A stretch of 37,372 nucleotides of DNA, taken from the IMG/VR virus record IMGVR_UViG_3300031134_000639; one strand, given 5' to 3'. The position numbers and the translations under genes are program-made. How positions within the stretch are numbered: position 1 is the stretch's first letter; each line of letters opens with the position of its first letter. Positions 26,406-33,253 of the stretch are shown here, piece after piece. The notes under the pieces are model-generated. The model was not told where the DNA came from, searched no databases, and saw only the letters and a program-made list of their open reading frames with translations. This DNA is from a virus (Duplodnaviria; Heunggongvirae; Uroviricota; Caudoviricetes).

Positions 26406-26888
26406 ATGAACCGTCTCATTATTTTTAGCGATAAATATAGCACCCGCATTTTTGATGCATCAACACCCGAGCTTCTTTCTAGAGCATGTTTAAAAGTTCT
26501 GCGTGAGCGCTTCAAAGAAGGTTATGTTTACCTTGAGCCGGAGCTTTCTTTTCTTAGCTTGTCCGCTGAGGATGCAGCTATCATGGCTCTTACAGAAGAG
26601 CAGGTTGACGGTCTACCGGAGCCTATTAAAGGAACGACTGCTGCTAAAAGAAAAAGCATTTCCGAACGGAACGCTAGGTTTGAGCGAACCTACGAAGAAG
26701 AAAAAGCATGGTATGACCGTGTAGTTAGTCTATGTGCCATGGACCCTGAGGAAGGTTACAAAGTGGAGGACAAGTCCACTCGTCGTGGACGTAAAGCTTC
26801 ATCAGAAGCTGTGGCTCTTCTGTCAGACAGAGCGGACTATCAGTATGAGGGCTTTGAGCTTGAACAAGTTGAGACATATAAAGAATGA
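26406..26888 (+). CDS. Hypothetical protein
   Basis: 160 aa ORF; TATACT and SD GAAAGG upstream. Confidence 0.8.
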   Translation: MNRLIIFSDKYSTRIFDASTPELLSRACLKVLRERFKEGYVYLEPELSFLSLSAEDAAIMALTEEQVDGLPEPIKGTTAAKRKSISERNARFERTYEEEKAWYDRVVSLCAMDPEEGYKVEDKSTRRGRKASSEAVALLSDRADYQYEGFELEQVETYKE

Positions 26889-26890
26889 CA

Positions 26891-26938
26891 AAACGTGAAT
26901 GGGCCGGTAAGTTATAACTTACCGGCCCATTCACGTTT
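26891..26938. terminator. Perfect 48-bp palindrome between convergent genes
   Basis: AAACGTGAATGGGCCGGTAAGTTA|TAACTTACCGGCCCATTCACGTTT with no spacer. Confidence 0.85.
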
Positions 26939-26946
26939 CAGCAGGT

Positions 26947-27669
26947 TTACTTCTTTTTGTTAGCAGCATCTACCTTACTTACAATCTCAGAAAAGCTAGC
27001 GAATAGAGACAAGACTTCTTTACTAGGAAGAATTTCAAAAGTAAAGTAGTCGTCAATGGCTCTTAACAGAGCATAGATATAATTGTGCCTGAAGTACTCA
27101 GGCTCAGAAAGAGTACCGTATTTTTGAGTGACGATAATATTCTCATGGAGAAACTTGTCGTAGTCTTCGACAGATGTAGGGGCTGAGTAGAGCAAAGTTT
27201 CCATATGCTTGTTGTCCCATCTCATACCAGTGGCTGCTGACGCTGTTTTAGCTACTTCGTCATGCGACCTCATTAACTTGACGAGAGTATCAAAGAAAGG
27301 AGTTCTGGCACGAATTTGGTAAGGAATCCTAGCATACTCTAAACCACTCATGTCTAGAACGCTACCAAAGAAACTGGTCTTTAGACCATCGCCCTTTCTG
27401 AAAACATGGGGGAAGAAGCCGTATGACTTCTCAACACGCCGCTTTTCTTTATTGCACAAGATGTAGAATGCGTTCATGTAGGAATTAACACTGTATGAGG
27501 TGGCGTCTACAGTGAAGTACTCGCCATATAGGCTCTTCAAATAGTTTGTAGGAATCTCAGTGTCAGTTACAGCTGAAACAAACTCAGCAAGGTTAGCTCC
27601 GAGACTCTTCTGGCTTAAAGTTGAACTCAGAAGAGTGTTAAGAAACTCCCTTTCAGTTACATCGCTCAT
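26947..27669 (-). CDS. Hypothetical protein
   Basis: 240 aa ORF; GAAAG upstream. Confidence 0.8.
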   Translation of the reverse strand: MSDVTEREFLNTLLSSTLSQKSLGANLAEFVSAVTDTEIPTNYLKSLYGEYFTVDATSYSVNSYMNAFYILCNKEKRRVEKSYGFFPHVFRKGDGLKTSFFGSVLDMSGLEYARIPYQIRARTPFFDTLVKLMRSHDEVAKTASAATGMRWDNKHMETLLYSAPTSVEDYDKFLHENIIVTQKYGTLSEPEYFRHNYIYALLRAIDDYFTFEILPSKEVLSLFASFSEIVSKVDAANKKK

Positions 27670-27736
27670 GTCTACCTTGCTTTCAAAGTCACGGATTTAT
27701 GTACGAGAGATAGTTTATAGGAAAGTCATCCTAAAG

Positions 27737-28060
27737 TCAAGGAAGCATCAGATCGTTTGATGTTCCCATGGCTAAGTCAACTTTCCTTCTCTTAGCGGAT
27801 GTTGTAAACCATTTCTTTTGCTCATCGCTTACACCGTAAACTAGGACTTTTGTTGCATTCCTGACCTTTAGAAGACGGACTACTTCGTCTACAACAACTT
27901 CGTTGGTGGTTGAAATTCTGTTCCCAAAGAGGAAAACAGTTTCGCCTGTAAGGTCAGCAGGAACATCACGGTTAAACCAATCCCCGACCTGCTGTTGGTT
28001 ACCGGTCATGCTAGGGAATCTAACTTCCACGCGCTCTACATTTCCTTCATACTTTGTCAT
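27737..28060 (-). CDS. Hypothetical protein, possibly STAS-like (leaderless)
   Basis: Start moved to MTKYEG using TGG-TACAAT-N6-ATG; TVFLFGNRISTTNEVVVDEVVRLL loosely matches a STAS/DUF4325 pattern. Confidence 0.7.
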   Translation of the reverse strand: MTKYEGNVERVEVRFPSMTGNQQQVGDWFNRDVPADLTGETVFLFGNRISTTNEVVVDEVVRLLKVRNATKVLVYGVSDEQKKWFTTSAKRRKVDLAMGTSNDLMLP

Positions 28061-28066
28061 AGTCCT

Positions 28067-28119
28067 ATTGTACCACAATACTGCTAGAGTTGACAGAGGC
28101 AACATTTGTGAGATATCAT
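28067..28119. promoter_or_regulatory. Back-to-back divergent promoters for two leaderless genes
   Basis: Minus strand: TGG-TACAAT (28067-28075). Plus strand: TTGACA(28090)-N18-TATCAT(28114-28119). Each -10 box ends 6 nt before an ATG. Confidence 0.75.
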
Positions 28120-28125
28120 AACTGT

Positions 28126-28599
28126 ATGACAAACACTAACCTTTATAATAACCCAGTTACTGCATTGAAGAGGGCTGTTGATGCAGCTGTTGAGAATGTG
28201 AAATCAGGTGGTGGCCCCTTTGGTGCTGTAATTGTTTTCCCAGATGGCAGAGTATTTGAAGGGGTGAACAGAGTTACAGCTAACAATGACCCAACTGCTC
28301 ACGCTGAAGTACAGGCTATCCGTAACGCTTGCGCAGCAATTGGTTCGTTCTCTTTGGAGGGAGCAGTTCTGTTTACCTCATGTGAACCTTGTCCTATGTG
28401 CCTTGGCGCTGCCCTGTGGTCTAGGGTAGACAAAATTGTTTACACTGCTGACCGTTTTGATGCTGCTGACGCAGGTTTTGATGATGCCGAGTTCTACGCT
28501 CTTCTTGAGCAAGGCAATATTGCGGAAAGAGTGGAAACAGGTTATCATCTGGCACCTTTTGATGAGTGGCGGTCAAAAGTCAACCGAACAGACTACTAA
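28126..28599 (+). CDS. guaD: Zn-dependent nucleoside/guanine deaminase (cytidine deaminase fold, Bacillus GuaD type)
   Basis: GGPFGAVIV, NDPTAHAEVQAIRNAC, TSCEPCPMCLGAALWSR, AGFDD, FDEW; start moved to ATG 28126. Confidence 0.88.
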   Translation: MTNTNLYNNPVTALKRAVDAAVENVKSGGGPFGAVIVFPDGRVFEGVNRVTANNDPTAHAEVQAIRNACAAIGSFSLEGAVLFTSCEPCPMCLGAALWSRVDKIVYTADRFDAADAGFDDAEFYALLEQGNIAERVETGYHLAPFDEWRSKVNRTDY

Positions 28600-28604
28600 T
28601 ATAG

Positions 28605-28642
28605 GTGTGGCCCTGAACGAAGTTTCTAGTTCAGGGCCACAC
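28605..28642. terminator. Inverted repeat between convergent genes
   Basis: 14-bp arms GTGTGGCCCTGAAC / GTTCAGGGCCACAC. Confidence 0.8.
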
Positions 28643-28673
28643 TTATATGTTTATGTGAGCATATGAGGTTAGG

Positions 28674-28961
28674 TCAACTTTGGCTTTTAAGGGCCTTCTC
28701 CCGCAGGATATTAAGAATAGAAAGGGCTGGAACTCCGCTGCCACTTGAGACATTCTGCATGAGGGCAAAAGAAAGAACCATAAGTCCTTCAACAAGGTCC
28801 TTGTCGGTAACACCAGCTTGCTTCATCTCATGGAAAATTTTATCTTCGTTTCCTTGCAGGGTCTGCTCTAGCAGATTAATGGAAAGAAGATAGTTGCTCA
28901 TAATCTCACGAGGGGTGTGGTCCGTGTGCTCAGGGACGTTCTCATCACTCATCAGATTCAC
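28674..28961 (-). CDS. Hypothetical protein
   Basis: 95 aa ORF overlapping the upstream gene; true start may be M4. Confidence 0.7.
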   Translation of the reverse strand: MNLMSDENVPEHTDHTPREIMSNYLLSINLLEQTLQGNEDKIFHEMKQAGVTDKDLVEGLMVLSFALMQNVSSGSGVPALSILNILREKALKSQS

Positions 28962-29214
28962 CTACAGCCTTGTTGAAAGCGATAAGTGCAACATCACAGG
29001 GGGACTTGAGAGTGGGCTTGTCTGCGGCTCTGAATGAGTTTACTCCACTAGCGCCATAGGCAGGCTTTTTGTCTAAACGGACAACCCGAATCATCTTGGT
29101 TGTGAAACCTACAACCCGGAACGGTACCATGTGCTTGTAGCCACCATCTGTTGACACAACAATGTCGTTCTCATTGAGAGGGTTACCTTGAAAATCTACC
29201 TGATTTGAACTCAT
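28945..29214 (-). CDS. Small hypothetical protein (SH3/KOW-like start)
   Basis: DFQGNPLNENDIVV...FRVVGFTTKMIRV; TATAAT and GAAAG upstream. Confidence 0.75.
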   Translation of the reverse strand: MSSNQVDFQGNPLNENDIVVSTDGGYKHMVPFRVVGFTTKMIRVVRLDKKPAYGASGVNSFRAADKPTLKSPCDVALIAFNKAVGESDE

Positions 29215-29309
29215 AGTTTCTACTTTCTTGTGGTCGTGAGATAGAGCGTGCTTCTATTATACAAGAAGACGCACCAAAAAGCAAGTTTATAAAAATCTTA
29301 TTTCAAGAG

Positions 29310-29338
29310 TTGACATGCTCTAATTCTTGGGTTAAAGT
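29310..29338 (+). promoter_or_regulatory. Sigma70/SigA-type promoter of rIIA
   Basis: TTGACA-N17-TAAAGT; SD AAGGAG at 29367-29372. Confidence 0.75.
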
Positions 29339-29381
29339 AGGGTTATCACTTATTCGCCCCTTATCTAAGGAGTACCAAGCT

Positions 29382-31583
29382 ATGAAGATTAATTCCACTG
29401 TTGCAACTGTTGAGACTTCCGCCGTGTTTGATACCACCACACGCATGAGTGTTGAGGATGAGTCTCTTGTCTTCATCCTCTCCAGCCTAACCAACCTGTA
29501 CTCCAACCGTGAGGCAGCTGTTCTTCGTGAGACTGCCGGTAACGCTTACGACTCCCACATTCTTGCTGGGCAGACTCGCCCGGTTGAGGTCACTCTCCCC
29601 ACTGCTCTGAATCCTTCTCTTGTCATCCGCGACTACGGTGTGGGCATGAGCCGTGATGAGCTTGTCAACATCTACTCCAAGTACGGAGCTTCAACGAAGC
29701 GTGACACCAACAAGCAGATTGGTGCGTTCGGCTTGGGAGCTAAGTCCCCGCTGGCTCTCGTTGACCAGTTCACTGTTATCTCTGTAAAGGATGGCATCAA
29801 GAACACGGTCCTCATCTCTAAGGGTACTGATGGTGTTGGTGGACTTAACTTCCTTCCTGAGAAGGCTACGGATGAGGCCAACGGTGTGACCGTTGACATT
29901 CCCATCCCGGATGCCGGTAAGATGGTCCGCGCATCTGAGGACATGTTCAGCGGATGGCCTCTCGGGTCTGTTCTCATCAACGGTGCCGCACCGAAGTTCT
30001 CCATTCACGACACCGCGCAGTCCAACAAGATTGCAGACGCCGGTTGGACTGCTGTTTCTCCCGAGCGATGGGGTAACACTGTCGTCAAGGCTTTCATTGG
30101 TCCGGTCCTCTACACGATTGAGCTTAACGAGGCTTTCAACGACTACTCCACCCGCCAGGAGGCGCTGGGAATCATCAACGGTTTCCGATCCACTGACGTG
30201 TACCTGAACCTGCCTATTGGCTCTGTTGAGCTTACGCCGTCACGTGAGAACCTTGTTTACAATGACGTTTCTCGTGCCGGTATCCTTGCTGCCCTTGACG
30301 AGTTTAACCGTCAGTACACCATCTCCATTGAGACTGAGCTTAACAAGATTGAGGACCGCACAAAGGCTTTCGGCTTCATTGCTAACCATGTCCGTAACGG
30401 TGCTTTCCCTAACGGTCTCTCGTGGAAGGGTGAGTCTCTTCCGGCATGGGAGGAGACCGGCGTTGACTCTTGGACTATTGGTGTTGTTGACCTGGACACC
30501 ACCAGTGCAAAGTACACTACTCCGGAAAAGTACAACCTGCTTTCCTACCAGTTGCACAACAGCCTCATGTCTCTTAAGTCTAGTGTCGTTGTGCAGAATG
30601 TGAAGGACCTTGAGGCAACCAAGCGTCACGTCCGTGATTATGTTCGTTCCACCGGCGAGCGTGTCATCAAGTTTGCTTTCACTGAGGGCGCAGTCACTAA
30701 CCCCTGGCTTGCTGTTGCAATCGGTTCAACGATTGAGGCTTCAGAGCTTGCAGACCAGGCTCGTGCTTACCGTGTTGAGGCTGACCGTAAGGCTCGGGAG
30801 CTTGCAAAGCTTGGTCTTACCTCTGGCCGTATCAAGGCGAACGAGAAGTTCTCAACCATTGAGGCGCTTAGCTCCTCCTGGTACAGCAAGAAGTTCACCG
30901 TCACTGAGCGTGCAGCCAACACATTCACTGAAGACACAAAGGTCATGTACCTGATGGTGGATGAGACTGTTGACGCGGTGAACCACAAGCTAAACCATGC
31001 AATTCGTGAGTCTGTCAGCGCTACCGGTGGTGGCTTCGGTCGTCGTGCTGATGGTTTGGAACTGGTTATCGCTGAGCTACTTAAGTCAGACAAGGATGTG
31101 GCTCTCATTAAGCTGCCTAAGGGGCGTAACCTTGGTAAGTTCAAGGAGATTTTCCCTAAGGCTGTGCCTGTCGCTGAGGTTGTCATCGAGTTCGTTAACA
31201 CCACTCGCCTGAACTCAACTGACCTTGAGAAGGAGTGGTTCAGTGTCAACATGCACAAGGAGCTTGATTACGCAATTCTTCTCAACGAAGAGGTCGTCAG
31301 CCGCGTAGGTGAGATCAGCAACGTTGACACACGTGCTTGGGTTCTTGCAGGTGCTAACAACGGTCACCGTAAAGCTTCAGCAGCGATTGGCGCTCTCGCT
31401 TCCAGCAGCCGCACCATTCCTTCAGAGGCACTAACTACTGCTGTCAAGGAATATGTTGACAGCGTTAAAGTCGCCCAGACAAAGGGTAACCGCAACTACG
31501 GCCTACTTAAGTCTGTTCAGAAGTTTGACGCCACTGACGTGATTGAGTACGTCAACATGAAAGACGCTCAGGCTAACAAGTAA
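29382..31583 (+). CDS. rIIA: rIIA-like protein (N-terminal GHKL/HATPase_c ATPase)
   Basis: LYSNREAAVLRETAGNAYDSH, IRDYGVGMS, YGASTKR...IGAFGLGAKS, GSVELTPSRENL; adjacent to rIIB; start moved to ATG 29382. Confidence 0.88.
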   Translation: MKINSTVATVETSAVFDTTTRMSVEDESLVFILSSLTNLYSNREAAVLRETAGNAYDSHILAGQTRPVEVTLPTALNPSLVIRDYGVGMSRDELVNIYSKYGASTKRDTNKQIGAFGLGAKSPLALVDQFTVISVKDGIKNTVLISKGTDGVGGLNFLPEKATDEANGVTVDIPIPDAGKMVRASEDMFSGWPLGSVLINGAAPKFSIHDTAQSNKIADAGWTAVSPERWGNTVVKAFIGPVLYTIELNEAFNDYSTRQEALGIINGFRSTDVYLNLPIGSVELTPSRENLVYNDVSRAGILAALDEFNRQYTISIETELNKIEDRTKAFGFIANHVRNGAFPNGLSWKGESLPAWEETGVDSWTIGVVDLDTTSAKYTTPEKYNLLSYQLHNSLMSLKSSVVVQNVKDLEATKRHVRDYVRSTGERVIKFAFTEGAVTNPWLAVAIGSTIEASELADQARAYRVEADRKARELAKLGLTSGRIKANEKFSTIEALSSSWYSKKFTVTERAANTFTEDTKVMYLMVDETVDAVNHKLNHAIRESVSATGGGFGRRADGLELVIAELLKSDKDVALIKLPKGRNLGKFKEIFPKAVPVAEVVIEFVNTTRLNSTDLEKEWFSVNMHKELDYAILLNEEVVSRVGEISNVDTRAWVLAGANNGHRKASAAIGALASSSRTIPSEALTTAVKEYVDSVKVAQTKGNRNYGLLKSVQKFDATDVIEYVNMKDAQANK

Positions 31584-31589
31584 GACCAA

Positions 31590-31637
31590 TCTATGTGGGG
31601 AAAGTGACTTGCACATGAGTTGCTTTCCCCACATAGA
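31590..31637. terminator. Inverted repeat between rIIA and rIIB
   Basis: 15-bp arms TCTATGTGGGGAAAG / CTTTCCCCACATAGA plus an inner wobble stem. Confidence 0.75.
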
Positions 31638-31648
31638 AATGATATAAT
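31620..31648 (+). promoter_or_regulatory. Promoter of rIIB
   Basis: TTGCTT-N17-TATAAT with TGn extension; the -35 box overlaps the hairpin's right arm. Confidence 0.65.
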
Positions 31649-31693
31649 CATTAAACACTAAACTTTCCACACCCCACAACGACTAGGAAAACA

Positions 31694-33103
31694 ATGTCTA
31701 CTTTCTATAACCTCTACACAGGACGCAATTCCTCTGGTATCACAATCATCTTTGAGAACACCAACCCCCGGTCAATCACCAATGACCACCCATTCTTTGA
31801 GCATGTCAAAAGCATCTTCCTCACTACAGCGCCTGAGGACATTGACGAGAGCCAGATTCTGGATCTTATCAACCCGGTTAGCAAGATTGGTGCCGCTCTA
31901 ACTAAGTTGTCCAGCCGCGTTACCTACAACGGTACCGACATTTTCTTTGACGGTGATGTTGTCAACAACTCACTGAGCGGACAGATCGTGAAGGCAATTC
32001 AGAACGGTGAAGAGGAATCAGCCTACCAGCCTCTCATTAACTTCCTTGAGAAGGTCAGCACCAACCCTAATCCGACAGCTGTTGAAGGTCTCTATGACTT
32101 CCTTTCCAGGTATGATTTCACAATTGCACCTGACGGTGACTTGCTCGCCCACAAGAAGGTTACCCCAGCAGGCACAAGCTTCCACAGCGGTTACGGTATC
32201 GTAGATGGAGTTGTTTACAAGAACTCACAGCTTCCCAACGCTGTCGGTAGCGTGGTTGAGTTCCCGCGTTCTCGTGTGGACGCCAACCAGCTTCACGGTT
32301 GTTCCACCGGACTGCACGCTGGTTCCTACGATTTCGCTGTGAACTTCGCTACGGGCATTCTTCTAGTTGTCAAGATCAACCCTCGTGATGTTGTCTCTGT
32401 CCCCTATGACTTCGCTTTCCAGAAGATTCGCACCTGCCGCTACGTGGTACTACACGAGGTTGAGACAGAGCAGCCTGCAACTGTCTGGGACCGTGTTCTA
32501 CAGAAGCACTCCCCTGAGAATGCTACCCCTGAAGAGGAGCCTGAGGAAGAGGAAATCGCAGAGGACAGTGCGATCATGCGAATTCTTCACCAGAGCAAGG
32601 ACGAGCAGGAAGAGGTCGGTTTCGGCTACACCAAGCTTGATGGCCGCTACGTGTCTGTTGACAGGTTCATGCCGGAGAGCTTCAGAGGAGACACTGTCAC
32701 TGGCTTGACTGACCGTGGTTACCGAACCTATGTTGTTGATGGCATTGAGGACATTGCATTCCTGTCCAAGGAGAGGAACAAAGAAGCTGGTGTAGATTCT
32801 CTCATCGACTCCATGAATGTGTTCTTCAAGGCTGCACATGATAAGGGAGTCTCCGATGAGCATGTAATCAAGATTTTGGATGAGATCACAGAACTGCTCA
32901 ACAAAAGCCACGTCAACAAGGAGCTAGCTGCTACTCAGCTTCCTGATGGCGAAGGCCTGAAAGCTATTCGTGATTCAGCTGGTAATGTTTCATTCTACGT
33001 CCGCACTCAGACTAAAGATGGGAAGACAACAGCAGTCGGAGCGCCCATCTTCAAGACTGGCGATGCTCTCGCTGATGAGGTCTTTGATGCTCTAGCTGAG
33101 TAG
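31694..33103 (+). CDS. rIIB: rIIB-like protein with a C-terminal extension
   Basis: DGDLLAHKKV, NAVGSVVEFPRSRVD, CSTGLHAGS, VKINPRDVVSVP, KIRTCRYVV. Confidence 0.88.
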   Translation: MSTFYNLYTGRNSSGITIIFENTNPRSITNDHPFFEHVKSIFLTTAPEDIDESQILDLINPVSKIGAALTKLSSRVTYNGTDIFFDGDVVNNSLSGQIVKAIQNGEEESAYQPLINFLEKVSTNPNPTAVEGLYDFLSRYDFTIAPDGDLLAHKKVTPAGTSFHSGYGIVDGVVYKNSQLPNAVGSVVEFPRSRVDANQLHGCSTGLHAGSYDFAVNFATGILLVVKINPRDVVSVPYDFAFQKIRTCRYVVLHEVETEQPATVWDRVLQKHSPENATPEEEPEEEEIAEDSAIMRILHQSKDEQEEVGFGYTKLDGRYVSVDRFMPESFRGDTVTGLTDRGYRTYVVDGIEDIAFLSKERNKEAGVDSLIDSMNVFFKAAHDKGVSDEHVIKILDEITELLNKSHVNKELAATQLPDGEGLKAIRDSAGNVSFYVRTQTKDGKTTAVGAPIFKTGDALADEVFDALAE

Positions 33104-33112
33104 CTTTCAGCG

Positions 33113-33161
33113 AAAAATGTCTATCCCCCGCATGTAACCTGTGCGGGGGATAGACATTTTT
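33113..33161. terminator. Inverted repeat, terminator after rIIB
   Basis: 20-bp arms AAAAATGTCTATCCCCCGCA, 9-nt loop. Confidence 0.85.
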
Positions 33162-33212
33162 GTCTTTAGGGGACAATAAATGACAAACTTTCATGTTTTT
33201 TCTCTGATGTTG

Positions 33213-33219
33213 ACCGATA
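33213..33219 (+). promoter_or_regulatory. ACCGATA motif upstream of the LAxTG surface protein
   Basis: 34 nt upstream of ATG 33254, just downstream of the rIIB terminator; no SigA-type promoter noticed. Confidence 0.55.
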
Positions 33220-33253
33220 CAACTAACGAACCTTCTACAGAGAGAATATTTTT

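Noticed and set aside
22400-29381. Long N-terminal extensions from the ORF track (22400, 23891, 28090, 28132, 29310; also 2624, 12512, 14255, 17433, 36222)
   Set aside because: The extensions run through promoter elements, and SD or leaderless evidence favours downstream starts
7810-33219. A full sigma28 promoter (TAAA-N15-GCCGATAA) at the CCGATA sites
   Set aside because: Hand inspection found no consistent TAAA -35 at the proper spacing, so only the -10 resemblance is claimed
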